A DNA stretch of 64,000 nt from Bacteroidota bacterium. GTDB lineage: Bacteria > Bacteroidota > Rhodothermia > Rhodothermales > JBCDJV01. Below, one piece after another: positions 27,369-35,425 of the stretch; positions within the stretch are counted from its first letter, which is position 1; each line of letters starts with the position of its first letter. A program made the translations under genes and the position numbers. The DNA lies in NCBI GenBank assembly GCA_038747425.1, contig JBCDJV010000003.1:26857-90856 (forward strand). Direction: 5' to 3'. The notes below the pieces were generated by a model, which made no database searches, had not been told where the DNA came from, and worked only from the letters and a program-made list of their open reading frames with translations.

Positions 27369-30046
27369 AGGGACACCTCTAGCTCCAAGAACGGCAGCAC
27401 CCCTACGCCGTGCAGATCGGTGGCTTGGATCCCCGCCCGGGTGGGGTCATACTCGCGCTCCAGCACGTTCTTGCGGTTGGTCAGGTTGTGCAGGGTCATC
27501 TGCAGGCGCCAGTCCGCCCCCGCCAACCCAAACCTGTACCCCACCAAGGCATCCAGTCGAAGATAGACCGGCAGGCGGCCGTTGTTGCGCTGCGGACGAT
27601 GCAGGTATGGCGTGGGCTCGGCATCGAGTGGGTCTTGGACCACATAGCGACCCACCGGCGTCGATTCTGGGTAGCCGCTGCGAGCGTCGGCCGAGAGGGA
27701 GAGGGTCCACCGGCGATGGTCGTAGGTGAGGACACCTCGGAACGCCTGCGGCGCATCGAAGCGAGCAGGCCGGTACCGGGTCTCCCCTTGCTGAGGAGCC
27801 CGGGTCCAGGAGCGCGCCAGGACCAGGCTGCCCCAGGCTTGCCAGGGCGCCCGCTCGGCCCGCGCCGTCAGCTCGACGCCGTACTGACGCGAGCGTCCGG
27901 GCGTATACTGCCCCAGCAACGCACCGACCTCTACGCCGGGGCCTTCGAGTCCGTCTTTGGTCCGGTAGGTATCCTCGGGTAGCAAGATGTGCCGAGAGAT
28001 CGTCCCGTAGACATCCACGCCGACCTGAAGCCAGGAGCGGGGGTACACTTCGGTGCCCATGCTGGCTTGGATGCTGCGCGAAGGCCGGACCGCGCTACTT
28101 GCGGGGACCCAGCGCTGCGAGACGAGGTCGTAGATGTAGGAGTATCGATCCCGCAGCCGGTGGAGGTACTGCACCTGGCTGCCCACAGCAGCTCGGAGGG
28201 CCACCTGGCGGGGGCTGATGGTATACTGCGCGGTGAAGCGCGGGCTCAGCCGGGCATAATCACCCCGGGTGAAGTAGCTGGCCCGTAGGCCGGGCTGCAG
28301 GCGCCAGGCGGGCGTAGGCTGCCACGTATCCTGGAGGTACGCCACCACCTCCCACGCGTCCAGCACGCTCGATTGCTGCAGCGTGTCCACGGTGGCCGTG
28401 GAGCGCTCGATGGTGGCATCGAGCCCACTCTCGAAGGCCCGGTGGATCACCTGCACCCCCATCCGGAGCTGGTGCGCCAAGGCCAGGTAGGCATCGGCAT
28501 CCACCTTGACGCCCAGGTCCCGTAGCTGGACCCGGTAGTCGGAGATCAGCTGCGACTGGTCCGTGGGGCGCAGCACCGCCGCCTCCTGGGCGCGATAGCT
28601 GGTTCGATACAGCGTGGTGGTCACAAACCAGCGGGACGACGGCAGGTATTGATGCCGGAGGCTGAAGAGGCGATTGCTCCAGAAGTGATCGATGTCGAAG
28701 AACAGGTCCGGCGGATCCAGCGACGAGAAGAAGTCCAGGGAGAAGCCATCCAGCGAGAGGTCGAAGGGTAGGCGGAGGTCTAGGTTATCCTTCCCGTGGT
28801 AGTAGCTGAAGGATACCTGATGCTGGCTGTTGGGCCGCCACGTCAGCTTGGCGCTCTGGTCGTAGAAGTAGTAGCCTGTGCGCAGGGTGTCTCGGGCCCC
28901 GTCTGGGCTGGACACGGGGTGCGTCTCTCCGATGAGTTTGTCGATGTAGGACCGGCGCCCAGACACCATGAAGGAGGTGGTCCGGGTGGCCGGACTCTCG
29001 ATGACGAAGCGCCCACTCAGCGGGCTCACCGCCCCCACGAAGCTCGGCTGGCGGCGGCTGCCGTCTTTCATCTGCGCATCCAGCACCGCCGAGAGGCGCC
29101 CGCCATGCTCGGCGGGGAAGGCGCTGCGATACAGCTTGATGTCCTTGAAGGTGTCGGCCTGGAACGTAGAGATGAGGCTGAAGGCGTGCCAGGGGTGGTA
29201 GACGGGCGCACCATCGAGGAGGTAGAGGTTCTGGTCGGGAGCCCCCCCTCGCACCATCAGCCCCCCGTTGATCTCGCCTACGCGCTGGACCCCGGGGATC
29301 CACTGCAGGGCCTGGAAGAGGTCGCGGTCTCCGGGAAAGGCCGGCAGTACCTCCAGGTCACGCACAGCCGGCGCCACCAGGCCGGGCAGCAGCGAGAGGT
29401 CCACCCGCTCGTCGCGCCGGCTCTCGACTACCAGGCTATCCGAAGACAGCGTCGTGGGCTTCAGCGCGATACGGGCACGCCCGGCACCCGCCTCCAGGAG
29501 CGTGTCTGTGCGGGCGTAGCCCAGGTACGAGATGCGCACACGGTACGCGCCGGGCGGCAAGGCTGGCAGGGCAAAGTAGCCGGCTGCATTGCTGATCACC
29601 CCTAGGCGCAGATCGCGCACCATGATATGGGCCCCAGGCAGTTCCTCCCCGGTCTCCGCGTCCAGCACGTAGCCACTCAGGATGACGCGCTGCGGGGTGG
29701 GGGCCGCCGGCGTAATCTGGACCAGGACGTACTGGTGCCGCCGGACACGCCGCGCCTCCAGGCCCGTTCCGCGCAGCAGGCAGGCCAGCGCGTCGACGGG
29801 CACGGTGCCGTTGTAGCGGCACGCGGTGCGGGCTTCCCGCACCAACCGCTCGGCATACACTAGATCCAGCGAGGTCTGCCGCTGGAGCAGTTGGAGTCCT
29901 TCCTGGAGGGGGCCGGTGGTGTCCAGTTGGATCGTCTGGGCGTTCGCGCGCGCGCCCACGAGGGCCCACAGCAGCAGGGCGCCTCCCAGCACCACGAGGC
30001 CACGACGGGACAGCAACCAGGCGGAAGAGGGGAAGCGACACCACAC
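27365..30046 (-). CDS. TonB-dependent receptor with N-terminal STN signalling domain and carboxypeptidase-regulatory-like domain
   Basis: 893 aa. STN-like segment (LDLVYAERLV...VDALACLLRGTGLEARR), then ILSGYVLDAETGEELPGAHI...YRVRISYLGY, then a plug and beta-barrel with a terminal aromatic-rich strand. Confidence 0.85.
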   Translation of the reverse strand: MWCRFPSSAWLLSRRGLVVLGGALLLWALVGARANAQTIQLDTTGPLQEGLQLLQRQTSLDLVYAERLVREARTACRYNGTVPVDALACLLRGTGLEARRVRRHQYVLVQITPAAPTPQRVILSGYVLDAETGEELPGAHIMVRDLRLGVISNAAGYFALPALPPGAYRVRISYLGYARTDTLLEAGAGRARIALKPTTLSSDSLVVESRRDERVDLSLLPGLVAPAVRDLEVLPAFPGDRDLFQALQWIPGVQRVGEINGGLMVRGGAPDQNLYLLDGAPVYHPWHAFSLISTFQADTFKDIKLYRSAFPAEHGGRLSAVLDAQMKDGSRRQPSFVGAVSPLSGRFVIESPATRTTSFMVSGRRSYIDKLIGETHPVSSPDGARDTLRTGYYFYDQSAKLTWRPNSQHQVSFSYYHGKDNLDLRLPFDLSLDGFSLDFFSSLDPPDLFFDIDHFWSNRLFSLRHQYLPSSRWFVTTTLYRTSYRAQEAAVLRPTDQSQLISDYRVQLRDLGVKVDADAYLALAHQLRMGVQVIHRAFESGLDATIERSTATVDTLQQSSVLDAWEVVAYLQDTWQPTPAWRLQPGLRASYFTRGDYARLSPRFTAQYTISPRQVALRAAVGSQVQYLHRLRDRYSYIYDLVSQRWVPASSAVRPSRSIQASMGTEVYPRSWLQVGVDVYGTISRHILLPEDTYRTKDGLEGPGVEVGALLGQYTPGRSRQYGVELTARAERAPWQAWGSLVLARSWTRAPQQGETRYRPARFDAPQAFRGVLTYDHRRWTLSLSADARSGYPESTPVGRYVVQDPLDAEPTPYLHRPQRNNGRLPVYLRLDALVGYRFGLAGADWRLQMTLHNLTNRKNVLEREYDPTRAGIQATDLHGVGVLPFLELEVSL

Positions 30047-30145
30047 AGGAGGCCGCGAGGGATGGTGGGCGGGGCAGCTAGGCCATCAGGATTCTGGCCT
30101 GCGCTTCTATACCCTCTGCCCACAGGCAGGTTGCCACCTCAGCCC

Positions 30146-31309
30146 TCAGGGCAGGGCAATTCGGTAGACCCCTTCGGCACGTTCCGTGCTCGTGCCTCCC
30201 ACCGCCAGAGCCAAGACCTCCAGGATCTCGCCGACAGGCGTCGTGTCCTCGAAGCTGCCGGTCACCCGTTCCTCCATCAGGTCGTCTTCCACCTCGATGG
30301 TCACTTCGTAGTGCTCTTGGAGGCGCTCCACCGCTTTGGACAACGGGGTGGCGTGGAAGTGGATGCGTCCTGACCACGCGAGCCGGGCCAGCAGGTCCAC
30401 CGGCTCGGGAGCCGTGGGAGCCTGGGCCTGCACCACACGGCTGGCTTGCCCCGGCTCCAGAACCACGAGGGCGTCAGGCGCCAAACGGGGCGCCAGCGAG
30501 AGCCGTCCGGAGGCCAACACCACGTCGGTGGCCTCGCCCGCGGCTTCGACGCCAAAGCTGGTGCCCAGCACGGTGAGGAGCGCCTGCTCCGTCGTCACGG
30601 TGAACGGTACCGGACCCGTGGCCACATCGAAGTAGGCCTGCCCGCGCAGGGTCACCTGCCGGACCGAGGCGCCCTCGCCACGTTGATACTGGAGCTGAGC
30701 CCCAGGCTGGAGGCGAATCGACGTCCCGTCGGCCCAGGAGAGGGACTCCGGAGCAGGTCCTTCGGCGGTGACGGTGATCTGGCCAGCGTCTCGCTGGAGG
30801 AGCACCACGGCGAGGCCCACAAAGAGGACCAGGGCCGTTCCTACGGCCGTGCGCCAGATCCAACGCCCGCGGCGACGCGACGACGACGGCCGGGCGGCCC
30901 GCGGCGTGGCCGGGCGGGGGTCAGGCCTCGCTTGGGCGGTGGTCTCTGCCCAGGCCGCATCAAACAGGGAGGCATCGCGCCGAATGTCGTCGACCACCAG
31001 ATGGAGGGCCGGGAACGCCGCCAAGGCTTGGTCCAGGCTGGGCTTGGCATCCAGTAAAGCCTGGCGCTCTTGCGGACTGAGATCCTCCTTGGGCAGCAGG
31101 GCATCAGGCCCCTCCGTGAGGGCATGCAAGACGAGCAGTTGCCGGTCAGGGAGGTGGAGGGCCAGGTCCCGACGCAGGGCGTGACGCACCTGCATGAGCT
31201 GGGCCACCTGGGCCTGCAGGTCGGGGCGCTCGGCCACCAAGGCTTCGACGGCCTGGCGCCGGGCAGGCGTCAGGTCCTCAGCGTACAGCAGGTCGATCAG
31301 GTCGTGCAT
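30146..31309 (-). CDS. FecR-family anti-sigma factor / transmembrane sensor
   Basis: 387 aa. N-terminal anti-sigma helix region, one TM (WIWRTAVGTALVLFVGLAVVLL), FecR domain (VTLRGQAYFDV...LGTSFGV), and a C-terminal DUF4974-like segment (LSKAVERLQEHYEVTIEV). Confidence 0.8.
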   Translation of the reverse strand: MHDLIDLLYAEDLTPARRQAVEALVAERPDLQAQVAQLMQVRHALRRDLALHLPDRQLLVLHALTEGPDALLPKEDLSPQERQALLDAKPSLDQALAAFPALHLVVDDIRRDASLFDAAWAETTAQARPDPRPATPRAARPSSSRRRGRWIWRTAVGTALVLFVGLAVVLLQRDAGQITVTAEGPAPESLSWADGTSIRLQPGAQLQYQRGEGASVRQVTLRGQAYFDVATGPVPFTVTTEQALLTVLGTSFGVEAAGEATDVVLASGRLSLAPRLAPDALVVLEPGQASRVVQAQAPTAPEPVDLLARLAWSGRIHFHATPLSKAVERLQEHYEVTIEVEDDLMEERVTGSFEDTTPVGEILEVLALAVGGTSTERAEGVYRIALP

Positions 31310-31414
31310 GGGGGGCGGGGCGCTACATCACCCGGCTTCGGAGGCGTTGGGATGGTGTAGCCGTGCCGAGCCGCGGAAAAGTAACAGCGAGGCCCTGAAT
31401 TAGCGCGTGGCCGC

Positions 31415-31984
31415 CTACCAGGTGGAGACGTGGGCGCTCAGCGCCGCCCAGAGCAGGCTAGCCAGCGCCGCTCGCATACGCTCCAAGGCTCGCTTGACCT
31501 GCATCTTGATGGCAGCCTCGGTGGAGCCGATGGTGCGGGCGATCTCTTCATAGCGATAGCCGTATTCGCGCAGCTCCATGATGCGCCGTGCCTTGGGCGA
31601 GAGCACAGCAAGGGCACGCTCCAGGTCCAGACGTGCTCCCAGGTTGGGCCCCTCCGCTGAGCGCTCTGGGAGATGACCCGGCTCGAAGAAGGTCTCTTTG
31701 GCATGGTAACGCCCTCGGTAGAGGTCCTGCACCTCGAACAGCGCGGCCTTCATAGCGAATGCTTTGAGCCGAGCGGGGTCGTTGAGGTCCGCCAAGCTCG
31801 TGTGGACACGCAGCAGTGCATTTTGTACCAGATCGTCCACCTCGGGCTTTCGCCCCACCCGCTTGATGAAGAAGGCCCGCAGAATGGGCTCCAGGAAGGC
31901 CAGCACCTGCGTCCGCTCCGCGTCTCCGCCCGCCTGGGCGCGGGCCACCACGTCAGGGTCGAGACCGGAGAAGGAAGTAGCCAT
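31415..31984 (-). CDS. ECF (sigma-70 group IV) RNA polymerase sigma factor
   Basis: 189 aa. Region 2 (DDLVQNALLRVH...) and region 4 HTH (RRIMELREYGYRYEEIARTIGSTEAAIKMQVKRA). Confidence 0.88.
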   Translation of the reverse strand: MATSFSGLDPDVVARAQAGGDAERTQVLAFLEPILRAFFIKRVGRKPEVDDLVQNALLRVHTSLADLNDPARLKAFAMKAALFEVQDLYRGRYHAKETFFEPGHLPERSAEGPNLGARLDLERALAVLSPKARRIMELREYGYRYEEIARTIGSTEAAIKMQVKRALERMRAALASLLWAALSAHVSTW

Positions 31985-32202
31985 ACAGGGATCAGCAGCA
32001 ACGGTGGGGACGTGGGGCGTATGGCCTTACGGGGCAGGGCGGGACGGGATTCAGCCTCTCTGTGGAAAGCAGCCGCCCTCTGAAGCATACGTCCATCGGA
32101 AGAACCTTTTTAGGTATTTTTCCCTATAATATATGGTGCCGCTTTCTCCACGCCTTTTTTCGGCGGCCATTTCTGTCACGTTTCACCAACTTACTTTTAT
32201 TC

Positions 32203-32499
32203 ATGCGCAAGTTCACGCTTCAGTCGGCCACGCTCGGGGACATCGACGGACAGGGCTATGCCTTCACCAAACGAACCTTCGAGGGACGTGAGGTTCAGGG
32301 CATTTTATTTGTCGACGATGAACAGGATGTGGAAGCGCTCCAGCAGGAAGACGAACTGATTTACGAGGGGGCGCTCTACTACCGTCGGAAGACGCAAGGG
32401 CCGCGCGAAGAGCATGAATCCTTCCCGGTCGAGATCACCGGTGTGTTGTCCACCGGCATGGGTCACCGCGTGTCGTTCTCAGCCGTGGAGACCGTATAA
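32203..32499 (+). CDS. Hypothetical 98-aa protein (no family recognised)
   Basis: ATG 32203 within ORF 32062..32499 (MRKFTLQSATLGDIDGQGYAFTKRTFEGREVQGILFVDDEQD...). Preceded by an unusually AT-rich leader and followed by a strong intrinsic terminator. GC3 is lower than in neighbouring genes. Confidence 0.5.
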   Translation: MRKFTLQSATLGDIDGQGYAFTKRTFEGREVQGILFVDDEQDVEALQQEDELIYEGALYYRRKTQGPREEHESFPVEITGVLSTGMGHRVSFSAVETV

Positions 32500-32548
32500 G
32501 CTTGACGCCTGCAGCCCCCCAGGGCGCGGCGCACCAGACTCCACCCTG

Positions 32549-32594
32549 CCCGAGGCCAGGTCAGCTTTTGCTCGACGTGGCCTCGGGTTTTTTG
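32549..32594 (+). terminator. Rho-independent terminator
   Basis: 10-bp perfect stem CCCGAGGCCA (32549..32558) / TGGCCTCGGG (32578..32587), followed by T6 (32588..32593). Confidence 0.8.
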
Positions 32595-32686
32595 TGACCC
32601 TGCGCCGCGATGCGCCGACCTCTCCTACCCACGTTCCGGCTCTCTTGTGCAAGAACCCGCGCGCCTGGCCAGTCGGCCCCGAGTCA

Positions 32687-33190
32687 TCACATCTCCTCGA
32701 ACCGATTCGCTGCCCGATTCTTGCGTACATGATCGGGGGAGAACACCTGCCCGTTCATGGCCACATAGACGCCACAGGGCAGCGTCTGTACGGCGGACCA
32801 CGCAAAGCCGATGTTGAACACGGCATCGGTCCCCTTGAAGCGCGCCGGCGTCAGCGAACCCACCAGGACGACGGTCTTGTCCCCCACTGGGTAGAGCGCT
32901 TGCGCGGTGTGCACCATGGTATCGGTGCCATGGGTGATGAGCACGCGCCGGCTGGGCACCGCCCGCACTCGCTCAGCAATAGCCGCGCGGTCTTCGTCCG
33001 TCAGATCCAGGCTGTCCTTCTGGAAGAGGGTCTCCAGGCGATAGGTCACCTGGATGTTGGCCTCGTGCAAGATGCTCACGATCTGCGGCGCGCCCACGTG
33101 GTAGGCGCTCTTCGCGTCGAAGTACTCTTTGTCGATGGTCCCCCCCGTGGTGAGCACATGCACGACGGGCGCCACATCAGCGTCCAGCAT
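32687..33190 (-). CDS. Asparaginase N-terminal-domain-only protein
   Basis: 167 aa. HVLTTGGTIDK (Thr nucleophile motif) and LITHGTDTM (second Thr-Asp motif). No C-terminal asparaginase domain is encoded. Confidence 0.7.
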   Translation of the reverse strand: MLDADVAPVVHVLTTGGTIDKEYFDAKSAYHVGAPQIVSILHEANIQVTYRLETLFQKDSLDLTDEDRAAIAERVRAVPSRRVLITHGTDTMVHTAQALYPVGDKTVVLVGSLTPARFKGTDAVFNIGFAWSAVQTLPCGVYVAMNGQVFSPDHVRKNRAANRFEEM

Positions 33191-33295
33191 AGGGAAAAGA
33201 GGGATTACAGGGCGTGGATGGTCTGTGGTGGGCTCCGCGAAGCCCGCTGGTGATCCGTCGCCTGTTTGATGGATCAGCCATCCAGGATGAGCCGA

Positions 33296-34516
33296 TCAAA
33301 TGCCGGAGGCAATGAGGAGTTCAACGTCCCGGTACGGCATCCCGAACATGGTGGCCAGGCTCTTCTTGGTGAGGTGCTTGCGATACACGTAGGTCCCGTT
33401 GCGCAGGCCGGCATTGCCCCACAAGGCCTCGTTGATCGACCCGGCGTCGCCGATCTGGAGGAGATAGGGCACCAGCACATTGGTGAGCGCATACGTGGCG
33501 GTGCGGGCCGCGTTTGAAGGCATGTTCGGGACGCAGTGATGGACCACGTCGTGCAGCACGAAGGTCGGCTCCGAGTGGGACGTGGCTCGGCTGGTCTCGA
33601 TGCAGCCTCCCTGATCAATGACCACATCCACGATCACCGAGCCGGGGCGCATCGAGGCCACCATGTCCTCCGTGACCAGCACGGGCGAGCGTTGCCCGGC
33701 CGAGATCATCGCACCCACCACGACATCGGCCGAGGCCACAGCGCTGCGGGTGTAGGCGTCGGTGGCCATGGCGGTGGTGATGCGGCGATCCAGGTAGTGC
33801 TCCAGCGCACGCAGGGCGCTCAGGTCGGTGTCCAGCACGATCACATGGGCCCCGTAGCCGAGGGCCGTGCGCGCGGCCCACTCGCCGACCACCCCCGCCC
33901 CGATGATCACCACCGACGCTGGCGGGACTCCCGAGATGCCCCCCAGCATGATCCCTTTGCCACCGCCATCGCTCTCTAGGTAACGCGCCGCCACCTGGAT
34001 GGCCATCGACCCCATGATCTCGTGCATCATCCGCACAATGGGGAAGGTGCCGTCGGGGTCTCGGATGAACTCGAAGCCGATGGCGGTGATGCCCAGCTTC
34101 ATGAGGCGGCTCAAGAAATCGGGGGTGGTCCCCCCCAGGTTGAGCGCAGAGATCAGGATCTGCTTCTCCTGGAGATACTGCAGCTCCTCGTGAGCGGGCG
34201 GCCCGACCTTCACCACCAAGTTCGACTTGGCGTAGAGTTCAGCGGGGTCGTCCACCACGTCGGCCCCTGCCTCGGTGTATTCAACATCGCTGAAGTGGGC
34301 CGAGGTACCGGCCCCCGCCAAGACGCAGACCTCATGGCCATCGGCCACCAGGGTGGCTACGCCGCTAGGGGTGAGTGAGACGCGGCGCTCCTCGTTCACT
34401 AACTCGCGAGGCACACCGATGCGAAGGGCCTGATGCTGCTCGCGGAGCAGAGCGGGCTTCTCCATCGTCATCAGTCCCCGCTCCGCCGCTATGCCCTGAA
34501 GGGCGGGTATTTCCAT
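33296..34516 (-). CDS. ald: Alanine dehydrogenase family protein (AlaDH/PNT)
   Basis: RIGVPRELVNEERRVSLTP..., Rossmann motif VVIIGAGVVGEWAA. Start uncertain: ATG 34516 chosen; the ORF extends to TTG 34606 and further ATGs lie at 34471 and 34465. Confidence 0.8.
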   Translation of the reverse strand: MEIPALQGIAAERGLMTMEKPALLREQHQALRIGVPRELVNEERRVSLTPSGVATLVADGHEVCVLAGAGTSAHFSDVEYTEAGADVVDDPAELYAKSNLVVKVGPPAHEELQYLQEKQILISALNLGGTTPDFLSRLMKLGITAIGFEFIRDPDGTFPIVRMMHEIMGSMAIQVAARYLESDGGGKGIMLGGISGVPPASVVIIGAGVVGEWAARTALGYGAHVIVLDTDLSALRALEHYLDRRITTAMATDAYTRSAVASADVVVGAMISAGQRSPVLVTEDMVASMRPGSVIVDVVIDQGGCIETSRATSHSEPTFVLHDVVHHCVPNMPSNAARTATYALTNVLVPYLLQIGDAGSINEALWGNAGLRNGTYVYRKHLTKKSLATMFGMPYRDVELLIASGI

Positions 34517-34637
34517 GCCCGAGATAGGTGGGTCAGAAGGGTCAAAAGGGCTGACCGTGGCTCCTGACCACCGCACGTAGTCAGGAACCTGGTATTCACG
34601 GGCCAAGATACACGCGTAGGCCCACTATTCCTATTTC

Positions 34638-35420
34638 CTAGTGGGTCGCCGGCCGATGCCAACGGTGCAAGAGGATGCTGCCAGCGATGGCCACGTTGAG
34701 GGACTCGGTCCCGGCTCTGCCGGGCGCGGCCTCGATGCAGACGCAGCCCTGTACGGCCTCACGCACAGCCGGGCTCAGCCCATGGGCCTCGCTGCCCAGA
34801 ACGAGGACCGTCTTGGCCGGTGGCGCCCACGCCTGGGCGGGCGTCCCCTCCACATCGGCCCCGTAGCAGGCATAGCCCGCCTCTCGAAGTGAGCGTAGGG
34901 CCCCCGCCAGATCGGCCGTCGGGGCCAGCGCTACCTCCCACAGCCCCCCCATCGTGGCCCGCACCACTTTGGGGTTGAAGGGATCCACGGTACCAGGCCC
35001 CAGCAGCACGCCGCGTAGGCCAAACCAGGCCGCCGAGCGGATCAGCGTGCCCACGTTGCCCGGGTCTTGCACGGCATCCAGGGCCAACACCGCGCCTGTG
35101 AGCGCCTCCGGAGCCACCGTCGCCACCTGGGCGACCGCCACCAGGCCCTGCGGCGTCTCGACGGCCGATACCGCCTGGAGCACCGAAGCGGGCACCTCGT
35201 GCACCACGACCTCCATGGCGGCCACCCGCTCCAGCACGTGCTGCACGCGAGGCTGCATCTGCGCATCCGCCGTCACCAAGACCTCCCGGAGCGGGGCCCC
35301 AGCCAGCACCGCCGCCTCCACCGCCCGTACACCGTCGATCAGGTATTCGGCGTAGCGGGTCCGGTATTTGCCCTGGTGCAACGAGACCAGCTCCTTCTGT
35401 CGTTGCCGCGTCAGAGACAT
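34638..35420 (-). CDS. TrmH/SpoU-family RNA 2'-O-methyltransferase
   Basis: ATG 35420 (MSLTRQRQKELVSLHQGKYR...). SpoU motifs: LDAVQDPGNVGTLIRSAAWFG, LVLGSEAHGL, ESLNVAIAGSILL. The longer track ORF (to 35687) overlaps the upstream gene and is rejected. Confidence 0.85.
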   Translation of the reverse strand: MSLTRQRQKELVSLHQGKYRTRYAEYLIDGVRAVEAAVLAGAPLREVLVTADAQMQPRVQHVLERVAAMEVVVHEVPASVLQAVSAVETPQGLVAVAQVATVAPEALTGAVLALDAVQDPGNVGTLIRSAAWFGLRGVLLGPGTVDPFNPKVVRATMGGLWEVALAPTADLAGALRSLREAGYACYGADVEGTPAQAWAPPAKTVLVLGSEAHGLSPAVREAVQGCVCIEAAPGRAGTESLNVAIAGSILLHRWHRPATH

Positions 35421-35425
35421 AGGCG

